DNA of 61,502 bases, counting the filler, from Bdellovibrionota bacterium (lineage in GTDB: Bacteria; Bdellovibrionota; Bdellovibrionia; Bdellovibrionales; JAEYZS01): NCBI GenBank assembly GCA_963169515.1. It is 7 parts of 7 records of this genome, joined end to end, with 100 filler letters (N's around TTAATTAATTAA, not from the genome) between each part and the next. Parts side by side here need not be neighbours in the genome. Positions count along the whole stretch, not along the records: positions 13,297 to 25,599 come from CAUJEF010000156.1; positions 25,700 to 29,160 come from CAUJEF010000157.1; 5 more parts are not named here. The stretch is one strand, 5' to 3'. Shown here piece after piece: positions 18,477 through 28,716 of the stretch. Every line of letters starts with the position of its first letter. Within the stretch, counting starts at the first letter, position 1. Both the position numbers and the translations under genes were made by a program. A model generated the notes under the pieces. That model was not told where the DNA came from. It saw only the letters and a list, made by a program, of their open reading frames with translations, and ran no database searches.

Positions 18477-20141
18477 TTGAAGTTTTTCATGGCCCAAAGA
18501 CTAGCTAATGGTTCGCAATTCGACACTTTCCACATTGTCCGCCTGATTGATAAAGGCGGAATGGGCGAGGTTTACGAAGCCTACGAAGACTTACTTCACC
18601 GCAAAGTGGCCCTAAAAATTATCGCAATTGACGGCCAAGATAATACGGACGGGAAAACTATTCCCGATGTAACAAATGAGATCATTGATCTGTTTATTAA
18701 GGAAGGACGAGCGTTAGCCAAACTCAATCATCCTAATGTCGTCACCATTTATCGCCTCGGCTTTGCACAAGGTATGCATTACATCGTTATGGAATATGTA
18801 GAAGGTGTCTCATTACAAACACTCATCAATAAAAAAGAAATTGATAAAACACAGATACTCCGCTTTTTTGAAAAAATTCTTAGAGGAACTAAAGCTTTTC
18901 ATGATAAAAATATTATTCATCGTGATTTGAAGCCAAGGAACATTTTGGTCACAAAAGAAAACAACATCAAAATCGTGGATTTTGGTATCGCCGAAACTAA
19001 TCTGGATAGCAAAAAAGATAATAAGAACAAAAAAGTTATTGGTTCCACACACTATATTCCACCCGAAGTTCTTCGCGGAGAGCGTCCGACGTTCCAATCG
19101 GATATTTGGAACTTAGGCGTTCTGCTCTATGAAATTCTGACTTACGATAAGCCTCACGATGGCTCCTCAGAAAAAGAGATCTCGAAAAAAACTAAAGAAC
19201 ACGACGTCAGCTTTTCGTTCACCAACCGCCTTCTTGTCCCGTCCCAATTGCAAAAAATAATCTTAAAAATGTGCCAACGCGAGCCCCAAGATCGATACGA
19301 GTCTGTTCAAGACATTATGGACGATTTTCTTCAGTACGTTGAAACACTACGCGCCCAATTCCCCACTGCAAACACACGTGGAGAACCTCCCTTAAAAAAA
19401 TCAAATAATAAAGTGGCCTACATTACAATCGGATTAGTATTTGTCGCTTTCATAGGATTAGTTAAATACGCACAAATGGAAAAAAATACCCTAGTCGTTC
19501 CGGAACCGCCAGAAGAGCAAGAGCAAATTGCATCGGAGGCCGCTCCCGAATCACCAGCGGAACCAGAACAGGTCGCAGCCCCTACTCCAGCCAAAGAAGA
19601 CCTTGTCGAAAATAAAGTTCAAGTGCGTAAGAAAAAAACTGCTTCACAGAAAAGGCAAAAGCATACCGCCAGATCGCCCCGCTCAAAACAGATTGTTCAA
19701 AAACCTGTTGCGAAGAAATCAACGATACAAAAACTTGCTTCGTCAAAACCGATTGCCCATAAGCCCGCTGCACCAAAACCCGTCGCGCAGCCTATTATTG
19801 AGCGATCCGTCGCTTCGGTTGCTCCAGTTACAATTGAAAAGCTACTCGTCCCCCGATTAAGTTCGCCTATTGATAAAATTAGCATTCCCAATCAAGGCAC
19901 CATTGTCACGCCGATCGTTTTCAATTGGTCCAAAATAGATGGAGCCAAAAACTATCAAATCGAATTTTCCATGACAAAAGATTTCAAGCAAACAATCTAT
20001 GAGATCACGATAACTCACAACCAACACATATTTGATCAGCCGCTCTCACCAGGAACTATTTTCTGGCGAGTACGTGCCATCGGAGAAAATGGAAACAATT
20101 CCACCTGGTCTGAGCCACGCACCTTCATCATCGATCAATAG
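18477..20141 (+). CDS. Membrane-anchored Hanks-type Ser/Thr kinase with C-terminal Ig/FN3-like domain
   Basis: GGMGEVY, VALK, HRDLKPRN, DFG, PPE, SDIW; one TM segment; FWRVRA in the C-terminal domain. Confidence 0.92.
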   Translation: MKFFMAQRLANGSQFDTFHIVRLIDKGGMGEVYEAYEDLLHRKVALKIIAIDGQDNTDGKTIPDVTNEIIDLFIKEGRALAKLNHPNVVTIYRLGFAQGMHYIVMEYVEGVSLQTLINKKEIDKTQILRFFEKILRGTKAFHDKNIIHRDLKPRNILVTKENNIKIVDFGIAETNLDSKKDNKNKKVIGSTHYIPPEVLRGERPTFQSDIWNLGVLLYEILTYDKPHDGSSEKEISKKTKEHDVSFSFTNRLLVPSQLQKIILKMCQREPQDRYESVQDIMDDFLQYVETLRAQFPTANTRGEPPLKKSNNKVAYITIGLVFVAFIGLVKYAQMEKNTLVVPEPPEEQEQIASEAAPESPAEPEQVAAPTPAKEDLVENKVQVRKKKTASQKRQKHTARSPRSKQIVQKPVAKKSTIQKLASSKPIAHKPAAPKPVAQPIIERSVASVAPVTIEKLLVPRLSSPIDKISIPNQGTIVTPIVFNWSKIDGAKNYQIEFSMTKDFKQTIYEITITHNQHIFDQPLSPGTIFWRVRAIGENGNNSTWSEPRTFIIDQ

Positions 20142-20269
20142 ATTTTCAATTAACACGCGCTCCCGAAACCAAAAAATCGCGGGGCTTGTGGACATTGAAA
20201 AATCGTTGATATAGTCTCAAGATTACGCGTTTTGATACAGAGGCGCCTGTACATGAAAAGACAAACTAC

Positions 20270-21133
20270 GTGCGAAGAAATTTAAAAAACATAACATTGA
20301 CAATACTGTTGCTCCTGTTCACCGCTGGCTGCACGACCCTGAGCAAAAACGGGTACGCGCCCGTTAATGGAATCAAAATGTACTATGAGGTTTATGGGGA
20401 AGACAGCGGTGTCCCTCTTATTCTGCTTCACGGGGGAGGATCGACAATCGAATCAACCTTTGGAAAGGTGATTCCAATCCTTGCAAAAAGCCGCAAAGTT
20501 ATCGGCGTCGAAGAACAAGCGCATGGTAGAACCTCTGACCGAAATAAACCGATTCAATTTAACACCTCTGCCGATGACGTAGCAGCACTGATGGATTACC
20601 TAAAAATCAAACAGGCCGATATTTTTGGCTTCAGCAATGGGGCCAGCGTTGGCATGTATGTGGCAATGAAGTTTCCTGAGAGGGTCCGGAAGCTCGTCTT
20701 CGCCTCATCGCTGACAAAGCGATCGGCGGCCCCACCCGAGCTTTGGGAGTTCATAAGAAAATCCAATCTTTCCCAAATGCCTCAGCCGCTTAAAGACGCA
20801 TTTTTGAAGGTGAACCCTGATCCTGACAAGCTCAAAGTGATGCATGACAAAGACCAAGAACGTATGAATAATTTTAAGGATATAAACGATAGAGAGATTA
20901 AATCTATCAAAGCCGAAACTTTGGTTATCAGCGGAGACCGCGACATTGCAAAACCAGAACACGCAGTTGAGCTTTCAAAGCTCATCCCGAATGCGCGCTT
21001 GATGATATTGCCTTTTGGTCACGGCGATTACATAGGGGAAGCGTCCGCGACGCAAAAAGAATCTCGAGTTCCTGAGTTTGTAATAGGACTTATCCAAGAA
21101 TTTTTGAACGGCCCAACACTTCAACCGCGCTAG
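20270..21133 (+). CDS. Alpha/beta hydrolase (likely lipoprotein)
   Basis: LLHGG, GHG-like AHGRT, GFSNG nucleophile elbow; TAGC lipobox. Confidence 0.88.
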   Translation: MRRNLKNITLTILLLLFTAGCTTLSKNGYAPVNGIKMYYEVYGEDSGVPLILLHGGGSTIESTFGKVIPILAKSRKVIGVEEQAHGRTSDRNKPIQFNTSADDVAALMDYLKIKQADIFGFSNGASVGMYVAMKFPERVRKLVFASSLTKRSAAPPELWEFIRKSNLSQMPQPLKDAFLKVNPDPDKLKVMHDKDQERMNNFKDINDREIKSIKAETLVISGDRDIAKPEHAVELSKLIPNARLMILPFGHGDYIGEASATQKESRVPEFVIGLIQEFLNGPTLQPR

Positions 21134-21143
21134 GATCACATTT

Positions 21144-23381
21144 ATGAATCACTTGCCACAAATGATAATTGATCTAACCCTTATTCTCGGGGCCGCCGCT
21201 ATTAGCACACTAATTTTCAACAAACTTCGTCAGCCCGTGGTTCTTGGTTATCTGATCGCAGGATTTGTTGTCGGCCCTCACTTTCCACTATGGCCCACCG
21301 TTGCCGACAGCGATGGTGTTAAGCTCTGGGCTGAGATAGGCGTAATATTTCTTCTTTTTGGATTGGGACTAGAATTCAGTTTCAAAAAACTTGCTAAAGT
21401 GGGGAAAAGCGCCTTTATCGCAGCCACTTTTGAAATCATCACGATGAGTGCTGTTGGTTACCTATTTGGTCAAGCCCTTGGATGGACGACTATGGATAGC
21501 ATTTTTTTGGGAGCCATCCTTTCCATGTCGTCAACCACGATTATAATTCGAGCTTTTGACGAAGCTAGACTGAAAAGCACAGCCTTTGCTAGCCTTGTGT
21601 TTGGTATTTTGATCGTCGAAGACTTGATGGCAATTCTTCTGATGGTAGTCTTGTCAGCGATTAGCGTTCCAGGATCATTTTCAGGTTCTAATCTCGCGTA
21701 TTTATCTGCTCGGCTCGTATTTTTTCTGCTGGTTTGGTTTCTAATTGGCATTTATTTCTTGCCTACTGTGTTCCAACGCATACGACGTCAGCTTAATGAT
21801 GAAATCATGTTGATTGTGTCAATCGCCTTGTGTTTTTTGATGGTCGTGCTGGCAACCAAAGCCAACTTTTCAGCGGCTTTAGGGGCGTTCATTATGGGCT
21901 CTATTCTGGCGGAAACCAAAGAGGGAGAAAGAATTGAGCACCTTTTGATTTCTGTCAAAGATCTTTTTGCAGCGATATTCTTTGTTTCCGTTGGAATGAT
22001 GATTGACCCATCCATTTTGCGAGAACATTTTATGGTTGTGATCCTAATCACAATAATTACCATTGTGGGAAAACTGATGGGTTCTGGTTTTGGGGCCGTC
22101 ATATCAGGAAGAAGTCTTAAACATTCAACACAAGCCGGGATGAGCTTAGCCCAGATCGGCGAATTCTCATTTATTATTGCAACTCTCGGTGTGAGCTTGA
22201 ATGTTGTGAGTGATTTTTTGTACCCTATCATCATTGCTGTTTCAGCGGTGACAACATTTACAACACCATACATGATCCGTTATTCAGATTCGATGTACTC
22301 CTGGATTGAAAGGCGTCTACCTCAGACACTCCTTGATAGTTTAAACCAGTATGAGCAAGCAATGTCATCAAACAGCAAAGGGAGTAGTGCCCTTGGCCTT
22401 CTATACAGAACATATGGTCTGGGGGTCCTGTTAAACTCGGTAGCCGCATTAGCCGTTAGCCTTTCGGTGTCTACGTGGGGATTGCCATTGATACTCTCAA
22501 CCTTCGGCGATACATCCACAGTGAGGTTCGTATCTTGCGTTTTAACGCTAGTTGCCTGTTCGCCTTTTCTTGTGGCAGTAGCCTTTAAAGCCCCCAAAAA
22601 AATAGCAAGCAAAGAAGTCGAGTCCGTTCTGCGTCTACGCAGACTTCAAATTGGCGTAGCAGTGATTCGAGCGATAGTTGGCCTAGTACTTATTGAGGTC
22701 ATCATTAGTCAGTTCGCAAAATCTACGCTTTTCCCATTAATCATTTTAATCATAACCCCAATCCTTATTTTCATTTTCAGAGCAAAGATAGGGCGTTTCT
22801 ATTCAGTCATTGAGAATAGATTTCTCTCAAATTTGAATGCCAAAGAAATTTCAGAAATGGAATCGCTGGCAAAACTGCCCCAGCTTGCTCCTTGGGATGC
22901 AACCCTCGCCCAGATTGTCTTAAGTGCAGACTCTCGAATTGCCGGTCAGTCCCTTGAAGAATGTAAATTCAGAACTGAGACGGGCGCAACAATTGGCATG
23001 ATAGACCGAGGAAGCCGCAGGATTTTTGCCCCAGGAAGATCTGAGCGACTCTTGCCAGGGGACGAACTATTTCTCATCGCCACAGAGGAACAAATTGCTG
23101 CGGCTCAGGATCTGGTTAGCCCCCAAAAAAATCACAGTCCTTTGCCCCACGATGAACTTTACTCCCTTGTATCTTTGAATATTGAACACGAATCCCCTTA
23201 CGCAAAAAAAACTATTCGCGAAATAGGGTTCGGAGAACATTTTGGCGGGCTCATTGTCGGGATCGAAAGGGATGGGAACAGGATTCTGAACCCCGAAAGC
23301 ACAGAGATTTTGGAACCCGGGGATCTTATATGGATATTTGGGCACGAATCGAAAATTCGTGCGCTCCGCGGAACTCGCTGA
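21144..23381 (+). CDS. CPA2 cation:proton antiporter with two TrkA-C domains
   Basis: AEIGVIFLLFGLGLEFS, SSTTII, LAQIGEFSFIIA, RILNP. Confidence 0.92.
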   Translation: MNHLPQMIIDLTLILGAAAISTLIFNKLRQPVVLGYLIAGFVVGPHFPLWPTVADSDGVKLWAEIGVIFLLFGLGLEFSFKKLAKVGKSAFIAATFEIITMSAVGYLFGQALGWTTMDSIFLGAILSMSSTTIIIRAFDEARLKSTAFASLVFGILIVEDLMAILLMVVLSAISVPGSFSGSNLAYLSARLVFFLLVWFLIGIYFLPTVFQRIRRQLNDEIMLIVSIALCFLMVVLATKANFSAALGAFIMGSILAETKEGERIEHLLISVKDLFAAIFFVSVGMMIDPSILREHFMVVILITIITIVGKLMGSGFGAVISGRSLKHSTQAGMSLAQIGEFSFIIATLGVSLNVVSDFLYPIIIAVSAVTTFTTPYMIRYSDSMYSWIERRLPQTLLDSLNQYEQAMSSNSKGSSALGLLYRTYGLGVLLNSVAALAVSLSVSTWGLPLILSTFGDTSTVRFVSCVLTLVACSPFLVAVAFKAPKKIASKEVESVLRLRRLQIGVAVIRAIVGLVLIEVIISQFAKSTLFPLIILIITPILIFIFRAKIGRFYSVIENRFLSNLNAKEISEMESLAKLPQLAPWDATLAQIVLSADSRIAGQSLEECKFRTETGATIGMIDRGSRRIFAPGRSERLLPGDELFLIATEEQIAAAQDLVSPQKNHSPLPHDELYSLVSLNIEHESPYAKKTIREIGFGEHFGGLIVGIERDGNRILNPESTEILEPGDLIWIFGHESKIRALRGTR

Positions 23382-23451
23382 TATGGAAGTTCCACGCGAG
23401 GCAGCGCTTATGATCTAGATCATCACCTTAACACTTCAACCACAGATATCC

Positions 23452-25083
23452 TTGGCCATGGCAGAGCAAACAAACAATTTTTTAAAATTTATTGAAAACG
23501 TCAAAAACAAGCTTGGCCCAAATGGCGTTCTGCAAGGGCAAGACGTTTCCCCTTATGAAGCTAACATTTCTGACTATGTCAGAACTATTCCCGCTGTGCT
23601 ACTCCCCAGCTCGGTTCAAGACGTACAAGAGATCATGCGCTTAGCCTGTGTTCATAAAATTCCAGTATCACCAATCAGCCGCGGAAAAAACTGGGGGCTC
23701 GGTTCTAAGCTACCAGTGTCCAGTAGGACAGTTATTTTAGACCTTTCTCGGATGCTAAAGATTCGCGAAATTAACCATGAGCTTGGTTACGCAGTGGTAG
23801 AGCCTGGCATTACTCAAGGGCAGCTCGCCGACGTTTTAAAAAATCAAAATTCTCGTTTCTATCTTGATGTAACCGGATCTGGGCGCGACACAAGTTTGGT
23901 TGGCAATATTTTAGAGCGCGGCATTGCTTACAATTCTCTTCGCGCCGAATCGGTTGCAGAACTTGAAGTTGTTTTGCCCTCAGGCGAGCTCATCCGAACA
24001 GGCTATGGACACTATGATAGCGCAAAGGCAAACCATATTTATAAATATGGAATAGGGCCGTCTCTTGAGGGCCTTTTTTTTCAATCGGGATTCGGTGTTG
24101 TAACTGCCGCAACAATACACTTAATGCCCATCCCAGAAGCTCGTATGTCTTTTACGTTGGCCATTGAGAAGGAAGCCATGGTTCCTCAGGTGATGGATGC
24201 CTTGCGCAAACTCATGGAACAAAGTGTTTTACGCTGCATTACACACGTTTTCAATCGCGAAAGATTTGTGCCAGCAATAGCACCACTTATCAAAAACGAG
24301 GCCATTCTTTTAGATCTGCCAAGCGACCGAATTTCGATTGAACATTTGCTCGCAAACGAAATGAGCGGAGCATGGTGGGCTGTTGGCAGTACCTTCGGAA
24401 CCAAGGAAAATGTGCAGGCTTCACAAAAATATTTAAAGAAAGAATTAAGAAAATTTGGCCCTCTACTTTTTATGACAGAAGGAAAAGAGGCTTTAGCAGA
24501 AAAGATTCTGAATTTGAGCAAGGCGCTAAGTTTTGCACGGCGGAAACTTGCGATTCTTAGAGCGACCAAACCCCTTCGCGGCTTAACCAAAGGTCTACCA
24601 ACCAACGCAACTCTTACCAGCATTTTATGGCCCGTCACTTCGGACATTGAAAAGTATAATACACTTGAACCAGATCTTGGTCCTGGTGGGTTTCTTTATT
24701 CCGTTCCAATCGTTCCCCTCACAAGTACCGATGTGTCTTGCATATTAACCTTAATCAACGAGATCGGCAAAAAATTCGCGTTCAATCCCGCTGTAACACT
24801 TAACGCTGCCACAGCACGCTTTATCGAAGTAGTGATGAGTATCGATTATCCCCGCTCAGATCAATTAGCCGTGAAACGAGCACAGGCTTGCATACGAGAA
24901 ATGAATGAATGTTTTATACGCCAGGGCTATATTCCCTATCGCCTAGATATTAACAACATCGACCTTGTCGTAAACGAAAAAGATTCTTTTTGGGAAACGG
25001 TTGCAAAGCTAAAGCTAACCCTTGATCCGGACAGAATTCTTGCCCCCGGCAGATTTGATGGAATCAGAAGAAATCTCGACTAG
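23452..25083 (+). CDS. FAD-binding oxidoreductase, VAO/p-cresol methylhydroxylase family
   Basis: ISRGKNWGLGS, VEPGITQ, GNILERG, PYR, LDPDRILAPGR. Confidence 0.85.
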   Translation: MAMAEQTNNFLKFIENVKNKLGPNGVLQGQDVSPYEANISDYVRTIPAVLLPSSVQDVQEIMRLACVHKIPVSPISRGKNWGLGSKLPVSSRTVILDLSRMLKIREINHELGYAVVEPGITQGQLADVLKNQNSRFYLDVTGSGRDTSLVGNILERGIAYNSLRAESVAELEVVLPSGELIRTGYGHYDSAKANHIYKYGIGPSLEGLFFQSGFGVVTAATIHLMPIPEARMSFTLAIEKEAMVPQVMDALRKLMEQSVLRCITHVFNRERFVPAIAPLIKNEAILLDLPSDRISIEHLLANEMSGAWWAVGSTFGTKENVQASQKYLKKELRKFGPLLFMTEGKEALAEKILNLSKALSFARRKLAILRATKPLRGLTKGLPTNATLTSILWPVTSDIEKYNTLEPDLGPGGFLYSVPIVPLTSTDVSCILTLINEIGKKFAFNPAVTLNAATARFIEVVMSIDYPRSDQLAVKRAQACIREMNECFIRQGYIPYRLDINNIDLVVNEKDSFWETVAKLKLTLDPDRILAPGRFDGIRRNLD

Positions 25084-25094
25084 GGCTCGAACTT

Positions 25095-25599
25095 TTACTT
25101 TGTTTCCTTACGTTTCTGTTCTAGCCAATTTTTATTATTTTTAAATAACTGATTGTCTGGCTCTCGGCTAAGGGCCTCTTTAATCGCATGATCAGCTAAA
25201 TCCAGTTGTCCCCTAATGATGTAAACGCTTGCTAAATTATTTTGTGCGCGTGGATAAGTCGCTTCGTTTTTTTTGATCAACTTCCACAGCCCGTTGGCAG
25301 AATCAAAATCTTTTAAGTTATAAAATTCCATCCCGAGGTTTAATATTTGCTCACCTGTTTTCTTATCGTTCGACATAAGGTCTGATTTTTTCTTCGCCAG
25401 CGCTACCTTGGTCTCTGCCACTTTGTTTTTTGTAAATGCTAAGTTGTTTTTGGCTAATAAAAAATTCGGATCAGCCTGAGTGGCCTTTTCACAATTGGAA
25501 AGCGCTTCGCCATAACGATGCATTCCGTTCAATTACGCGCAGATGTTATTCCAGGCTAGCGGTGCTGTGGGATTGATCGTTGTCGCCTTAGTGTACGCC
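25095..25599 (-). CDS. TPR-repeat protein, 5' partial, with an in-frame TAA at 25533-25535
   Basis: Frame continues upstream as AYTKATTINPTAPLAWNNICA*LNG; AKNNL and AQNNLA TPR motifs. Confidence 0.75.
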
Positions 25600-25699
25600 N
25601 NNNNNNNNNNNNNNNNNNNNNNNNNNNNNNNNNNNNNNNNNNNTTAATTAATTAANNNNNNNNNNNNNNNNNNNNNNNNNNNNNNNNNNNNNNNNNNNN
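25600..25699. other. Artificial contig linker
   Basis: N44-TTAATTAATTAA-N44. Confidence 0.99.
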
Positions 25700-26781
25700 C
25701 CATAAATTACCTGCTTCGCGGGGGTCAGGGACCAGTTTTTGTATCGAACTTTTGTCTCAAGGTAGCGATAGGAAAGCCAAGAAAGCAAAACTGTAGCAAA
25801 CAGTAGGAACGGAGCCGTCATTGCAGTCAATCCAATGGTCCAACGGCTGATTGCAAGCACGGGCCAATGCCAGAGGTAGATGGAATAGGACAAGAGCCCG
25901 ATGGTCACCAAGGGCTTGCTCGCTAAGATTTTTGAAATGTTAGGAGCTTTTGGCAAGAGGTAGATGAAAAGGGCAGTGATAGAGCTGACGGCAAGAGTGG
26001 ATGGCAAAACCGGAAACTTTCTGGACAAAAGCGCAAATAGGAGGATTAGTAAAATTCCACAGAACAGAGCTTGATGCGAGCTAGCTTCTTTAGATCTTTT
26101 TTGTATCAAAAGATAGACGAGAGCTCCGCTTCCCAGTTGCCAAAATCTAGCGGGCATAAGGAAGAAGGCAGCATTTGTATCTTTGATCGACAAATAAATA
26201 TACAAGGCCAACGAGAGTCCGCTGAGAACTGACAAAGTTAGCAACAGCACACTCTTTCCATTGCTTTTTTTCTTCACCACCAAGAAGTAGCTTAGCCAGA
26301 CGAGAATTGGAAAAAGGAAGTAGAACTGTTCCTCCACCCCAAGAGACCAGGTGTGGGTGCAGAGGTTTAGGTCAGCATCAGCAGCAAAATAATCCTGTGA
26401 TCGCAAAAAGAGATAGATGTTTGAAAGGCCAAGAAAGGAGCTCACACAGGTCCTCATGCTCATTAGGGAGAATCCGCCATCTGGTGAGATAAAGAGCATG
26501 CCCGAGATCACTGTGACGGTCCCAACGAGCAAGAGGGCAGGGAGGAGGCGCTTCATGCGTTTGGCGTAGAAGTTCATCAAAAAATCCTTCAGGGTAGGGG
26601 AATTTGTACTGAGCAAAGAAGAGGTTACAACAAATCCAGAAATAATAAAAAAAATGTCCACGCCCAGAAAACCATTGGGCATCAGTTGGGCTGAGTAATG
26701 AAAAACAACGACCGCGAGGACGGCAATTGCCCGAAGCCCGTCAATTTCGGGCCGGTAGACTGGGTGATTTTGGATGGTCAA
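25700..26781 (-). CDS. Acyltransferase family 3 (OafA-like), 3' partial
   Basis: YRPEIDGLRA, GVDIFFIISG, HTWSLGVEEQFY, SYSIYLWHWP. Confidence 0.93.
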
Positions 26782-27051
26782 AAAATAGAGCGATCAGGCC
26801 CCTAATGCAACGGATAAGAGCAGGGCTAGATTTCTTGGATACTTGAATTTGGGTCCGGGCTATCGATTTATAATTCATTGGCAATCCCTTCAGCAGCCCT
26901 CCCAGGTCAGCTGGGTCGCTGCCTCTAAGGCCGCACTGGAAAGCTGTTTACAAAAGTAAACACTTTGTTTAAAAAGCCATTGCCTGGAAGGATCCTCGGT
27001 TTGTATTTAGGCTTCCTAACCCGCTTGCTGCGGTTGAAAGGAGTTTACAAA

Positions 27052-27372
27052 ATGGTGTTCAAATTATTAGTGGTAATCGGATTATTTGGGGGTTTACAGT
27101 TGCAAGCCAAAGTCTATGAGCGTGTGGTCTTGAGTGACGCCTGCACTTACGCGGCGCCACTGACAACCTATCAACGCTGTGATGAGTCCTCCTACGGTGG
27201 ACGTTGGGCAGAAAACTGTGCCATTCAACGTACGCTGAGAACTTGCCGCACTTTGGGCTATATTGATTGCCACAGCGTAGGGGTGGAGTTCGTGGATGTT
27301 TTGAGTAAGGAATTTGTCGGGTATCGGGCCTGTCAAGCTAACGCTTTTATAGTTGGCTACAATAGCAATTAA
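27052..27372 (+). CDS. Small secreted Cys-rich hypothetical protein
   Basis: AAAGGAG RBS before ATG 27052; signal peptide; six Cys. Confidence 0.65.
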   Translation: MVFKLLVVIGLFGGLQLQAKVYERVVLSDACTYAAPLTTYQRCDESSYGGRWAENCAIQRTLRTCRTLGYIDCHSVGVEFVDVLSKEFVGYRACQANAFIVGYNSN

Positions 27373-27390
27373 GATTCAATTGGGAGGACT

Positions 27391-27522
27391 ATGAAAACCA
27401 TTCTGATGTTAACGATTTTGCTGCTGGGTGTTCAGGGCCAGGCTCGTGTTCCGGTGGATGCAGCCACACAGCAAAGGGGAAAGAGGCTTCCCGAGGGACT
27501 CGAGGTCATAGAGACAATGTAA
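27391..27522 (+). pseudogene. Secreted-protein gene truncated by IS insertion
   Basis: GGAGG RBS, MKTILMLTILLLGVQGQA signal peptide; stop codon lies inside the IS left inverted repeat. Confidence 0.7.
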
Positions 27523-27669
27523 GAAAGCGAGCATCCCCTAAGGAGTTCATCCACAAATGGACCTCTGGCTGAAGTAAATTTGTACTTAAGCCGTGTCAGA
27601 CCCTTTCGGGAGTGGATGTAAACTGAAATGTTCACCAACATTTCAAATCCCCAAAGGAGGATGCTGCTT

Positions 27670-28716
27670 ATGAAATATTATATTGGTCTTGATGCTCACA
27701 GTACAACATCAACATTTGCCGTGGTCGATGAAAATGGACAGTGCGTACTTCGCCAGACCGTTAAGACCTCAGAACAAAGTCTAGTTCACGTGATTAACCA
27801 AATTCATGGTGAACGTCATATGACATTTGAAGAGTCCACGATTTCTCAGTGGCTGTATTTGCAACTCAAAGACAAGGTGGACAATTTATTAATTTGTAAC
27901 CCTACGTATGTGGCAAAAAAACAGGGAGCTAAAACTGACTTCAGAGACGCACTCCATTTAGCACAAGAGCTTCGAACAAATCACTTACAGCCGGTTTTTC
28001 ATGATACGAGCCATTGGATGGAGATCCGCACGACCGTGAGTGGATACTTGGATATTGTTGAGGAAATTATTCGCTTTAAAAATCGGCTCAAGGCCGTTTT
28101 TCGAGCCGAAGCCATTCAAACAGATGAGAACAGTTTTTATAAAAATCAGTCTCGAGTGAAGGAGTTAAAAAACCAATCAGCTCGATTTGTTGCGGACAAA
28201 TTATTTAATCAAATTGAATTTCTTGAAAACGAAAAGGAAAAATATAAAGAGGTTTTCGAGAGGAATCGAAAGAAGTATCGTCCGATTCGCAATCTGATGA
28301 CGATCCCAGGAATCAGTATTATCAGGGCCAACATTATTGCTGCGATTGTTTGCCAGCCAGCAAGGTTTGAAAATAAACACAAATTTTGGGGTTACTGCAT
28401 GTTGGTTCGTCATATTCAGGTATCCGGTGGAAAGATCTATGGGAATAAGCGGTTTTTTGGCAGACGAGAGCTTCGTAATGTGTTCATCGGAGCGGCGGAG
28501 AATGTGATGCGGCTGGGTGGTGAGTTAAGGGACAGGTACGACGCCCTTAGGGCCAAGGGTGTTGATCACAAGGACGCAAAACTGAATTTAGCCAGGCAGA
28601 TTGCTTCAATCTCACTCTGCCTTTTAAAAAATAACGATAAGTACAATGAGAATTATGGTGAATATTTAAAGGAGCGAAAGAAGTTACAAAAAGAATTTTA
28701 TGAACCAAGTTTATAG
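27670..28716 (+). CDS. IS110-family DEDD recombinase/transposase
   Basis: YIGLDAH, FEES, KTDFRDA (RuvC-like DEDD); TIPGIS and VSGG in the C-terminal domain; AGGAGG RBS. Confidence 0.93.
   Translation: MKYYIGLDAHSTTSTFAVVDENGQCVLRQTVKTSEQSLVHVINQIHGERHMTFEESTISQWLYLQLKDKVDNLLICNPTYVAKKQGAKTDFRDALHLAQELRTNHLQPVFHDTSHWMEIRTTVSGYLDIVEEIIRFKNRLKAVFRAEAIQTDENSFYKNQSRVKELKNQSARFVADKLFNQIEFLENEKEKYKEVFERNRKKYRPIRNLMTIPGISIIRANIIAAIVCQPARFENKHKFWGYCMLVRHIQVSGGKIYGNKRFFGRRELRNVFIGAAENVMRLGGELRDRYDALRAKGVDHKDAKLNLARQIASISLCLLKNNDKYNENYGEYLKERKKLQKEFYEPSL

Noticed and set aside
27560..27565. GACCTC in the IS 5' end (and TGACCT near 28782) as target guides matching flank GAGGTCA
   Set aside because: Only 6-nt matches, not adjacent to the core and expected by chance; the right target flank is unavailable
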